A program made the position numbers and the translations under genes. From positions 62,001-126,000 of the forward strand of contig OZ024755.1 of the NCBI GenBank assembly GCA_964016885.1: 64,000 nt of DNA, in the 5' to 3' direction. Below, piece by piece: positions 1 to 12,160 of the stretch; position 1 is the stretch's first letter; each line of letters begins with the position of its first letter. The notes below the pieces were generated by a model. That model was not told the DNA's origin and did no database searches. It saw nothing but the letters and a program-made list of their open reading frames with translations. Source of the DNA: Eledone cirrhosa. Taxonomy: Eukaryota.

Positions 1-3000
1 AAGTGAACTATAAACCAGGACAGATCAAAAACAAAGATGCTATTTGCAAAAGATTATATATATAAGAATCCAATCCCCCCTCTAAAGTGGGCAAGCTGGT
101 GACACAATAAAAAGTGCCCAGTCTATCCTGTTAGGTGGGCGCTGTGGTGCATTCAATCATTACATTCAATCATAACATAAAACAAAAGAGAGTCCAATGG
201 TTCAGACATGGCACATAACCAACCAACCAACATGGATTTTTGGCTGCAAGGCCAACCTAGGAAAAATGGATTAATGGCATCAAGGAAACCGTGACATTAT
301 ATAGCATCATGCTAAGACAGGTCTCTTAACATGCCACAGAATGACGACAGTTTCTTCTTATAACACCACCAAAGATACAAACAAATAGATAACATTTCTA
401 AAATAAAATAGGTTTCTCTCAGTGGAAAGGAAGAAAACCCATTATACTATGAAGCAAGTAAATCCAAACAGGGTTTATTTCTTTCTTTAAGTTGATCAAC
501 TACCAATGAACTGGCCATTCACTGAAAACACACTGATTGCAAAACTGGCTGCAGAAATGTGAACCAATTTGAATTTACTGATAGATTTGAGAATAAGGTT
601 TTATGATGTAGTTTTATATGAGACTAATTGAATAAATCAAAGACACCCAGATCAATCAAGACCAAATATTTGGCTGGAATCATTTTTACTGAATCATAGA
701 AAACAAAAACACAGCAACATTATTCAAAAACTATCAGACAAGCTCTAATGGAAAAAAAAAAAAAGAAATTGGCCAAACCCTGATATATTGTGTATCTATT
801 TCTTAAGATAAAGTCTATATTTGACAAAGTTCACTGATTAGTGTAAAACTTTGAGATGGTATATAAATTACTTTTAGATGATAATAATAAAGATATTTTT
901 TTCTTCTACTGGTTCGAGTTATTAGATTGAGGTCATAATGGAGGCACTACATTGAAGGGATTTAGTAAACCATATTAATCCCAGGACTTAACTTTTTCAA
1001 GTCAGGTACGTATTTTATCTTTTTTTTGTTAAACAGCTAAGTTTCAGGACATATACACATAGTAAATGTGTGCACATACACATACAGACACATAACAGGC
1101 TTCCATGGTTTTAGTCTACCAAGTTTTCACTCACAAGGCATTGGTCAACCCGTGGCTAAAGGTACCATGCAGTGGGACTGAACCTGAAACCATGTGGTTA
1201 TGAAATAAAATCCCTTAACCATGCAGCCATGCCTGCTAATATTAGGATAACATTTTATTTGATCAATTGAACATTTGGAAAATGATTTTATATACATATA
1301 TATGTGGCTTGTACCTCGGATCACTTAGCAGTAATACTTATTGCAAAAATGCAATGACATCACCTTGGACTATAACAATTTTTCTCTTTCTGATCAAGTG
1401 CAATAATTTATTATGTAATGCATGTGATTAAGCATGGGATTTTGCAGTGAGCGTATGTAAACAGTTATTGTATAGAATCATATATTAAGGAATGAACTCT
1501 CAAGAAATTTCTCTATCTGACCAATTCTTCCTCTTTTTCTTGGTACCATACTTATTATTATTATTATATATATATATCATGTTTCTAAAGAATATGTCAA
1601 TTCAGTTATCTCTTTCACTGCTTTACTTAAAGAGGTAAGGCATTTTAAGAAAGATATACATAAAAAGACATGAAAAATGGCCAAAATATTTTTGCCAAGA
1701 TTAATCTGCTATGAATGGTGTTTTTTGTTTAACTTGTCAAACCATAAGATGGTACTTTATCTTTTCACTAAAAGCAGCATAATGTATACATACGTTTGTG
1801 TATCTCTTTATTAGGAACCATACATACACACACATATGCATATATATATGTATGTACATGTGTATGTTTGTATATATATATACATATACTTGTACATGTA
1901 AGCATTGTGCATATATTTGATCATATTAAAACATAACAGTGACTATATACACACACATTTATATAAATATATTCATTGGGCTATACAGAAGATAACCAAA
2001 GAAATAAATCTTATAACAGTTTTCTATAAGATGAAGTGATAATTTAATTTAAGTAATATTTATGAATTCTTTATGGGATTTTGGTTTCATTCATAATAAA
2101 AAAAAAATTCTGTTAAATAATTGATTGAATATATTCCACACACGCACACATATTTGCATTGAAGTTTTGGTCAATTGAAACATCCAGACTTCTCTCCCTT
2201 GCTTATTTTGAAAATTATTTCAATCTCATATCACTTTATATATATATATAAAATCTCTGTCTCTCTTCCTCTCTCTCTCTATATATAGATAGTATGCGGT
2301 ATGGGAACTGGGGGGCAACTAAAAAGGAAATAAAATAAAATAATAATAATAGCCATATATTTTACATGCTTTCTAATGTTGAGCTTAATTATATAGATTA
2401 TTATGGCAACTGGTTTAAATTTTATTTCAGAGTTGCCAAGGATCTGTTTCTGCGAAGTTTGACATACAGCTACCTCAGCACAAGAAACTAAATAATAACA
2501 TCATAGAGAATAAAGTGAATTAATGAACATCAATGCTTCTTGCCTTTCAGAGATAGATAGATAGATACAAAGAAAAAAACAGAGAGAGATGCTGTGCTTT
2601 ATTTAACACAACATAATGTGTTGTATATGCTGTGTAGGCTGATATTGATAATCTAGTCGGTAATGTGCTAAATTGCAGCGCTGTAGTCATAAATACATTG
2701 TAAAGAGAATTTTTTTAAATGCTGTTTAAAACAGCTCTTGGAATGTAAATTTTATTAAAGTAGCTTAATTATTTTGCTCGTAATAAAGCTATAAACTCTC
2801 AGTAGCCAATATTTCGTCCATGGTATGACACATGGTGTACATGCAAGGAAGGATAGGTCTTTTGTTTTTTCAAGCTGGGTTTGAATTTCTGTGCAGCAGT
2901 AATACTGGAGGACTACTAACATTAATGGAACATGAGGAAGGCATAGGAGGAAAGGAGAAAGAAGGGAATATATTTGTAAGAACCAAGAGAGGTGTACAAA

Positions 3001-5779
3001 TACAAGAGAACAATGAGATTAATCCTCAAGCTTCCATACATTTATGATCAGAAATATTTATACAACAATACCAAAGAGACATAAATTCCAAATTAATAAA
3101 TACAAACTGTCCAATAATGAACAATTAAGAAAAAATAAACAGAAAAAGACTATGGTACACCACATAACAAAGAAATTCCCAAAACTATGCTTTTCAAGAA
3201 AGCCTTATACTATTGTTGAAAAGTGATGAATAATCGTTACCATATTTCTAATAGATATTGCCTTTGATTTTTTAATTAATATTGCCTTTGATTTTTTAAT
3301 TAATATTTAAAAAATTGAAGAATTTTCAGACTGAGTAATATAACTACCTTTCTCAATATTAAGCTGATGTTCAGAACATAGGTTAAAAGTTCCTACTGAA
3401 ATATCATGTGGAAATACCTATGCCCTTTATATATTTCTACCACATTGTACCAGCTTTTTGAAACTTAGTCATTTACTATAGATTTTAGCCATTACTGTAC
3501 AGTATATTCATAGCAATTCTTTAACCCTTTCATTACCATATATCTAATGATTTCCAAATAATTTTGAGAACAATCAAGAAATTGAAGGATTTAGTTATAT
3601 AACTTAAAGGTTCTGACATAAAATTATGATGGAAGGGTTTTAGATAAATATAAACACTTTAAATGAAGCAATTTTGCATCATAGAACGAGGAGTGTTCTC
3701 ATATGATTTGATGTCAGCAAAATCAAGCATATTTATAATGACATAAATATATCTTATTTAATTATTGAAGAGTATATATATATATATTTACTAAAATTAT
3801 AATTTTTTTCGTTATGAAGATGTTTTTTGTAACATAACTTAAAGGGTTCTTACATAAATATATACACTTTAAATGAAACAGTTATGTATCAGAGAACTAG
3901 GGGCAGTTTCAGGTCAAATGGGTTAATATTGATTTTTTCCCAATTTTCCATAATTGTGTTAGAGAAAATAATAAATGATTCAACTGTTGGGCAAAAGTGT
4001 GAAACTGCTAAACAGATTTCCATAAAATTATGTATCTTTTTGTTTGTATTTCATGTCCTTGCATGAATTAGTAAATATTTCCAAATCAGAAAATTTGAGA
4101 GAACAGATGTATCCAACAAAGACAAGAGTAGAAAAAATATGTTGTTGGCATTAGGAAGGGCATTCTGCTGTAGAAATCCAGCCAAAATCAGTTCTGTATG
4201 AGCAAGACATGGTCATCAAACCTGGCTTGTCACACAATGGGACAACTTGTCTAACCCATGTTAGAATGGAAAAATGGATGCTACACAGTGATGATGATGA
4301 TATACATAAACATTAAATGATGTTCTTTAATTTGAATCCACACTTGAGATAATTTAATATATATAAAAGTCTATAATAGACACCAAACTAGGATTGGAAA
4401 TGGTAATTAAGAAGAAGGGTTTCTTTTTGTTTTTCTACCACTTGATGTGCTCCACACATACATCCTTGAAATTTAACCATTTTGTTAACATATTTCTAAT
4501 GCTTATGATTTTCAAATCATTTTGAAAATAATGAAGAATTTGGAGATTATTTGGTATATAACATAACATTATGGTACATTTACAGCATTGCTGCAGGTAA
4601 TAGCGAAACTAAGGCATAACTAAGTACTTTATGGGCATTGCCTGATTTATCAATAAGACAAACTGCCAACAATGACAAGTACTTCATTATCAATAGTGAA
4701 GCTCCTCCAAATGGATAAAGTCTCTGAATCTACAACCTTTAAATTTAATAAGATTAAGAAGCATGACTTAGTGCATAGAGATTTTGATTCACAATCGTGA
4801 GGTTGCGAGTTTGATTCCTTGACTGAGTTATGTGTTATATCCTTGAGTAAGACATTTTATTTCATGTAGCTTCTTCTACCAGGAGTTGCAGCTGGTAGAT
4901 AGTATCAACAATGGACACATTGTTTCCTTGGTCCAATTTGATGAGTTCCACCCCCTCTTGAAAAGCGAGTGCCGTTTGCGATCTTGTTAAAAAAAAAGGG
5001 AAATATGATAAATTTAACCAAACAATATTTGTAAGAAACTCTCAGGAGAGCTAGACAGCAAAAGAAATTTGTAGGAGAAAAAAATCAAAAGCAAAAACAT
5101 ACTATTTTAATTTATAATATTTTCTTACAAAATATATAAAATTGATAAAAAACAGAAATAAAACTTATAAATGAGTTTTGAAATATTTGTAAATAGAAAG
5201 TGTTTAGAATAAGATTTCTAAATATAACATGTAGGGTTCGCTTAAATAAGTGAATATTTTATAAAATAGGGGTCATTTTAATACCAGATATATCTAAGTT
5301 AGTATAACATTGTTCTTCAGAGAGTAAAAACATTTTGCTTAACCATTACATATACATTCAAATATAGCAGGATTTGAACTCAGAACTAATAGAAAAACGT
5401 ATGAGATTAAATACGGCAACCAAATTTATTTTAACATTCTACATTTCTGCCAGCTTGACATTTTATCACTAGTGGCTGCGCGTATATATATATATAGTTA
5501 TATAGGGAGGTCAGTAGCCCTACTTAAGTACTAACTCTGTCCAACCCTTGCAAACAGGAAAGACGAATGTTAAATGTTGATGACAATGACTATATAAATG
5601 ATGTAAAAACTAAACAGTGTTAAAAGTTTATTACATTAGTTATGTAATAAAGCTGGAAATGGAATGGATCTGTTGATTTTGTCAATGAGTGTTCTAGTTG
5701 TTTGGTCAATGAAACAGCCTGTCTATGAAACTGAGGTGCAAGTGACTGAACATTCAACAGACACATGTCTAAAAAAAAA

Positions 5780-6067
5780 GTCTAAAGTCTGTCTCGAGCC
5801 TGGAGGCTCACCAGGCTGGTGCTTATCATAGTGACTGTGGTGTGAAACTGAGAGTACAAAACTCTTCCTGGATAGGACACCAGTCCATCACAGGGTTAAT
5901 TCTCCAGCTACAACTGTTGGTACTCATTTTCAGCAAAGTATACTGGAGCAACATGAAATAAAGTATTTTGCTCAAGAACACAACACACAACCCAATCCAG
6001 GAATCGAACCTACAACATTATGATTGTAAGTCCAACATCCTTACCACTAGGCCACACACCTCCACAT
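5780..6067 (-). mobile_element. Older tRNA-derived SINE
   Basis: Reverse complement gives GTGTGTGGCCTAGTGG (A box), GGTTCGATTCC (B box) and a ttcttgagcaaaatactt core; a related decayed copy lies at about 6980-7320. Confidence 0.65.
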
Positions 6068-6805
6068 GTACCCAAACCATAATCTTTGGGGAACTGGGGC
6101 ATGACATATGAGACAGTGTGAGACAATGCTGGCATTTTGAAGGTACAGAGGCCATCTGACAGGCTTCCATACAGTTTTCAGTTTACCCTGACAAAGCCTA
6201 AATCAACACAAGACTGTAGTAAATGACACTTGCCCAAAATGCCATGCAGTGGATTCAAACCCAGGACCTAACCTTATAGAACGATGCTTAAGCTTACAGA
6301 AAATGATAACAACAACAACTATAACAAAAACAAGCAAACAATATAGCCACAATAAAAAGAAACTAACTATGAAAAACTAAATAATAAAATGAAAGAAAAA
6401 CATTACATATATTAGCAACAAATTTGTCAATAAATAAAATAATTCTTAGACTATTTGAAAATCATGCAAATGTGAAGACTGATATAGAAGCAAAGAAAAA
6501 CAATAAGCCAGAAAAAACAAGAAAAAAAAAAGTGCAGTGAAGAACAATTGTGAATGAATCAATACATAAATGAATCTGTCTGAAACATTAAAATAAAAAA
6601 ATATATATAGAGTGATGATGATGATGAGAGAGAAGGATGACATATTTGAATGTCTGATGAAGGGTAAGAAACATTGTACTGTGGTCACCAATAACAGCCA
6701 AAAGGAATGGAGGAAGAGGAGAAGGAGGACAACATCCAGGCATGCAGAAGTACCGAAAATGTGTACTACCATGGTGAAAGAAATGAGAGAGAAGTTTAAA
6801 CGTAC

Positions 6806-6859
6806 GCTTAGCAGTGTTACTCTGGGTGTTACTGCGCAAATTCAAAAAGTTCGGACGGG
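6806..6859 (-). CDS. KIF13: KIF13-like exon ((A)RPNFLNLRSNTQSNTAK)
   Basis: TTCCAG acceptor, GTACGT donor, 54 bp, phase 1-1 matching the upstream phase-1 donor; ARPNFLNL motif recalled from invertebrate KIF13/Khc-73 tails. Confidence 0.8.
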
Positions 6860-9486
6860 CTGGAAACAACAAAAAAATATCAAAGTATTTAAATATTTGG
6901 TTTTTTCAAAAATAATAATTTAGTAGCTTGCATTTCTGATAATGGCAAATATATACATTTATTCACACACACACACATAGATGGTAAAGACCCCCTTTGG
7001 TCACAAATAACCATGGGATTTGTATCTACAAAGTTCCCTCTGAGGCACAAGTCCGAGTAAGGTTGTTTGTGGAAGACCAGCAGTCACTCAGGCATACCAG
7101 TCTCTCTTCTCCATGTCACCAATGTTGTTCAAGGGAAAGGCAATGGCCAATACAGCTTGGTACCAGTGACACTGCAAGTCATTTCTACAGCTGTGTAAAC
7201 TGGAGCAACACAAAAAAAATGTCTTTCTCAAGGCCACAACGCTTCATCCAGTCTGAGACGAAAACTCACAACCTCCTGATTGCAAGCCCAATGCTCTAAC
7301 CACTAAGCCATGTATCTTCACACACACACATATATAAAATAAGAAAAACAATGAAGTTTTGTTTACATGTATTTATGTTTTTATTGTGTACCAACCCCAT
7401 TACGTGTTTCACAGAGGATTGGCTCAAGGTCACCCATTTGTTGAATCACCAGTCTGATGATATGATTGATACTAGAGTCGGGTCTATAACTTCCATGGGT
7501 GACCTTATGCCAATCCTCTGGGAAATGTGCATAATAGGTTGATACACAATAAAAAAATAAATACATGTAAATCAAACTTCATCGTCTTTCTCATTATATG
7601 CACTCTGCCTGTGCATCAATCGCTCATATTGTTACCACTGCTAATAATTCACTCAGAGACAGGCAGATACAGATGCACTCACACAAACATGTCCTCTGAT
7701 GAATTTCCTAAAAATGAAAAAATTCCAAATATTTTTCTTCTTATAGAAAAAATATAAAAATGTGTTTACAATTGTTTACTTTTCACAGCCAGGATTATAA
7801 TTTAAAAAAAATTGTAGGCATACCTGCATGAAAATTCCAGATATTTCATATATATATTTACACATACACAGGCACTTACACAAAAATATATAAGTATAAC
7901 CAGGCTGATATTAAGACAACAAAAGTATGTTGCCCTCTTGACATCAATGTGGTAAAAGAAATCAAGAAAATAAAAATAAACAAAAAACACAACAAAAAAG
8001 AACTCATGGGAAAGTACATGTTTATGGTTTGCTGATTTAGTGCTTACAAATCCAATATTCTAATATCCATTCAGCTCCGTCCCAATCAATATTGAAATAA
8101 CAGTTATGAGCTACTAGTTTGATCAGACAAAGGAATCTTTATTTCTATCAGTCTTTCCATTGCTGATACTATCTGTCAGTCACAACTCCTGGTAGACCTC
8201 ATCATCTTTTCAGTGACAAATGATGAGATTTAAACTTTTAGTATTGACTTGGTCTATGTGGACCCATCCAACCTTGCTAGTAGGGAAAGAGGATGTTAAA
8301 ACTATGATGATGTTGATGATGACGAAACATTTTATCCGTTTTAACAATTCTGTCAATCCACTGGCCACAGATTATTCCTTTATTTACTGACTCTGAATGG
8401 ATGGATGGCTATTTTGACCTTGCTGGGATTTGATCTCATACACATATGCATGCATAAATACAAACATGAATGCATAAATATTAAGATAGATATATGCATA
8501 TATACACAGAAAGACAGACATATAAAATAAAGTTGAAAGATACTTCATGGGTTTTGATGATGAGTAATCTAATTGTTTGATAAACTGAACTACTTATTCA
8601 ATGCTTGGCATGTAAGTGGTTGAATATTCCACATACATTTGTACCTTTAATGTAACCCTCAAGCAGAATCAACATGACACATCTGGTTCTTTGAATTATC
8701 AGCAAGTCTATTTGACAAATGTTATAAAAATCATTATTGCTACTTCTGATCCAGGTGCATTGTGGAACACTTTAGCTGAAGGCTGTAAACCAACTATCTT
8801 CAACAAAATGGACATGTTTACACTTGTGCTTGAAATACTGAAGTTGAATGCTTTAGTTGAATAAAACAATATGATTCTTGACAAGTGTTTCTTGTCTTCA
8901 GCTAAAACTTGAAAACAATTATTTTCACCAATTCAACCAGAAATTATTCTGGGACATATCATTTTGTAGTGAAACATTTCTTTGGACTACCATTGCTTGG
9001 ATAGTACTTCATCAGCTACTAACACAGAGTTAACACTGAAAAACATCATTCCTAAATTTAATTTTCTTGCTGAATTGACAAGCTCAACGAAACACACAAA
9101 GGCTGCTCATTCTGTTTACTAGCTGAACCTGTTAGAATATTGCAATAGTTATGTTTGATTACATCTTCATTAAACAGTGGGATACAATGTACAATGTTTT
9201 ACAGATTCCAACAGTCTTCAAAATAACAATTAAGTAAAGACATGGAATCTTATGTAACCAACCTAAAGACTAAATTTTGAGCTGTAATTGCTGGTGTATA
9301 TTGAGAGGAGAGCATAAAAAACTCATTTATTTGTGGAATCTCATATTCATATATGTAACAAAAACTCCATTGAAATTAGTAACAGCAATCATTGAAGGTA
9401 ATTCTCTGGAAGCTGCTCAGAAAATATAGAAATTTACCAGCAATCTCCTCACTTTCTCAATGCCCTATCTATAACAGAAAGAACTA

Positions 9487-10956
9487 CCATATATACTCGC
9501 GTATAGGTCGCATACCCACTTTTCATTTAACAAATAGGCTATTTGCCATTGACTCGCAGATAGGTCGTACTGAAATTTGGGCCGTCAAACCTACTATTTT
9601 TTATGATAATTGAAACTAATAATCTGTTAGCTTTCCATTACTTCACTATTGCGATATATACTCCAAACCATGTTTTATTTATAAAATAAACATTAACGTC
9701 ATCAAAATTTCGTCAATTCGAGATTACTGCAAGATAAAGCCTTTAAGCGCGAAAATTAACTCTTAATATAGTGAAGCAACTTGAAATAACACGTGTTTTT
9801 TAACGTTGAAAGTATAATAGATTTTTTGCGTATCAACATGGCTTCCCAAAGTAGTGAATACCGACTTTGAAGGTTTTACATGCGTCGACATTCGAAATGA
9901 AAAAGAAACACAAGATAATATTAGTGATTTATCTTCAAATGAATCAGACATATTTATTTCTGACGATGATAGTTACTTTGAAAGTGAAAGCGAAGATCTG
10001 ACGGACACCATTGAAAATATTACAGCAACGTAGTTGAAAGATACAACACCAATACATGTTCACACCTGTTAATGAACTTATATATTGGGAAGACTCTGTT
10101 ACATAAATTTACACCGTGTCTTTTGGCGAAGAGTCAGTCCAAACCTATTCATAAACCTGGTGCACCACCCTGCTGACGATTTAAATTGGGATAAGTGGTA
10201 CTTTGGTGCAAGTTGAAGAGCTTTCGTTCTTATAGAAATTCTTGTAACAATGTGTCCATTTTTCCTGATATCTAATACCCAATCATTTAGCTCTTTTTCA
10301 AGATCTTGATAGAGTGATACTCCAAACCTTGCTGCTCTCTTTGATTTAGGCATTTCTCCCAGCTTGTCTTTTTGTTTCCTCCAACCTCTCACCACCTTTT
10401 CTGACACTCCAAACTCCCTTTCTGCTGATCTATTTCCAAATTCTTGAAATAACTTGAAAACTGTTTGATAACTTTTTCTCTTACCGGAATTCATATTTCT
10501 CAGTCAATTCTAAAAAAATTTCAACTATCAACTTTTCTCACTTGCTAATTTTGAAAAGAAATGCCACATGCAATAATCTTTTTCCTGTTAAAGTAAATAC
10601 GTCACAATATGTGTTCATAGCAACGCTAAGACAATGAAATCACATTTTAAATACCGGGTATGCATTTCTATGGATTTTAATGACGGATGGTTAGGTCAGA
10701 TAGAAAAAAACGTAAACACTACGAAGTTTTAGTAAAAAATTTTAAATCAAGAAATATATGTATAAGAAGGTAGATATATGAAATTATTATGTTAAATAAT
10801 AAAAAATATAAACAAAGTTATTTTTATAAATACCTATCGTTGATTAAGTCTATGAAAAATCATTGGTCAGTCTGATGTCGATAGGATAGGTCGCACCCCC
10901 AAAATTTATACTTATTTATCGTTAAAAAAGTGCGACCTATACGCGAGTATATACGG
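9487..10956 (-). mobile_element. Internally deleted pogo-superfamily (POGK-like) DNA transposon
   Basis: TIRs ccatatatactcgcgtataggtcgca / tgcgacctatacgcgagtatatacgg, flanked by TA on both sides (9485-86, 10957-58). Confidence 0.9.
10099..10494 (-). pseudogene. Truncated pogo transposase: Brinker-like DBD plus CENP-B/Tc5 HTH, DDE domain missing
   Basis: RKSY..FKL..GNR.A.REFGVSEK.VR.WR, LEKEL..WV...R..G..V, FK.S.GW..RFM.R..L.LR.KT motifs. Confidence 0.88.
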
Positions 10957-11151
10957 TAATTCAATTCTAACTAAATCTTACGTTTCCATTGTAAAAACAT
11001 CTAGCTGGTATTTATCTGTGACTGAATAAGCCAGTTGCCTGGGAAATTATCCAGACAGGTATTGTGTAATATACAAGAAAACATTAAGAAACATATAACT
11101 AATTGTTTAACTAATTACAAAATACTTAATGAACTTTTATTTTTATAGACA

Positions 11152-11226
11152 AAAAAAGAAAAAGAAAAAGAAAAAGAAAAAGAAAAAGAAAAAGAAAAAG
11201 AAAAAGAAAAAGAAAAAGAAAAAAGA
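11152..11226. repeat. (AAAAAG)n microsatellite
   Basis: About 12 perfect hexamer units. Confidence 0.95.
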
Positions 11227-12007
11227 ATTAGAATAAAAAAAAAAAGTAAAATAACAGTTCCAAATGAAAGAAAAATAATAAATTCTTTTGTGAGTTAATA
11301 GAAATTACTAAATGACAATAATGATAACCAAAGGTAGTTTTTAAGTTATAATAAAAATAATAATAATATACAAGAGAGAGGCATGAGAAAGAGAGAAAGA
11401 AAACAAGAAAATATGGAAGAGAAATAAAAGTAAAGATGAAGGAAAAATAAATAAATAAAAAAATAAACAAGTAAATAAACAAATAAAAAACAGCATCCTG
11501 ACTCTTAACATCCTGTACCACATGAAATCACATTAGCAATTCATTCTTGAAAGGCATAAAACAGCCATATGACTGCATCATATTAAAATTAAAGACTTTA
11601 ACTCTGCTAAATTTTCATAATCTGTCCACCAGTAAACATAAAAACATTAGAATTAACAAACCTGTTTTTCGATATTTTCTGCTAAATTATTACAGGATGT
11701 TAAGTGTTAAGAAGAAGGAAAAAACAAAGAAATGTTATGCAAATCAATAAATTAAATAAAATAAAAGTTTGTGGTCAATAAAAAATTCATGCAGATTTAA
11801 TGAAAAGCCAATGAGATGAACAAACATAGCAAATTGCAAGGTGCCAAACATGGGGGTGGTTGTATTCTAATGAATTCTTTAATTCAATAAAAATATTTTA
11901 GGAAATATTTGTTGAAAAATTTCAAACAAAAAGTGTTTTATAAATAAGTAGCCAACTTATAATTATTACTAAAGGACAATAAAAAAAGGAAATTAAGTAG
12001 TTATAAT

Positions 12008-12160
12008 AATTGTTTCTACTTTTGGCACAAGGCCACCAATTACCCAGAGTATTACTGGTACTTTATTTTATCGACCCCGTAAGGATGAAAGGCAAAGTTA
12101 ACCTCGGCGGGATTTGAACTCAGAATGGCAAGGGCCGTAACTCTTTGCTGCAAAGCATGG
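12008..12160 (-). mobile_element. tRNA-derived SINE family 2 (core gactttgcctttcatccttacggggtcgataaa), representative copy
   Basis: B-box-like gagttcaaatccc plus conserved core; further copies at about 12518-12720, 21880-21970, 35455-35645, 38920-39120 (+), 41780-41950, 49375-49995, 63512-63590. Confidence 0.8.

Noticed and set aside
7454-7460. CTGATGA inside the 7.4-kb hairpin loop
   Set aside because: No correctly placed GAAA or stem II, so not a hammerhead
7818-7835. TTTCATGCAG|GTATGC juxtaposed acceptor and donor (recursive-splice-like; a similar site near 20848)
   Set aside because: Could easily arise by chance in AT-rich introns; needs nascent RNA data
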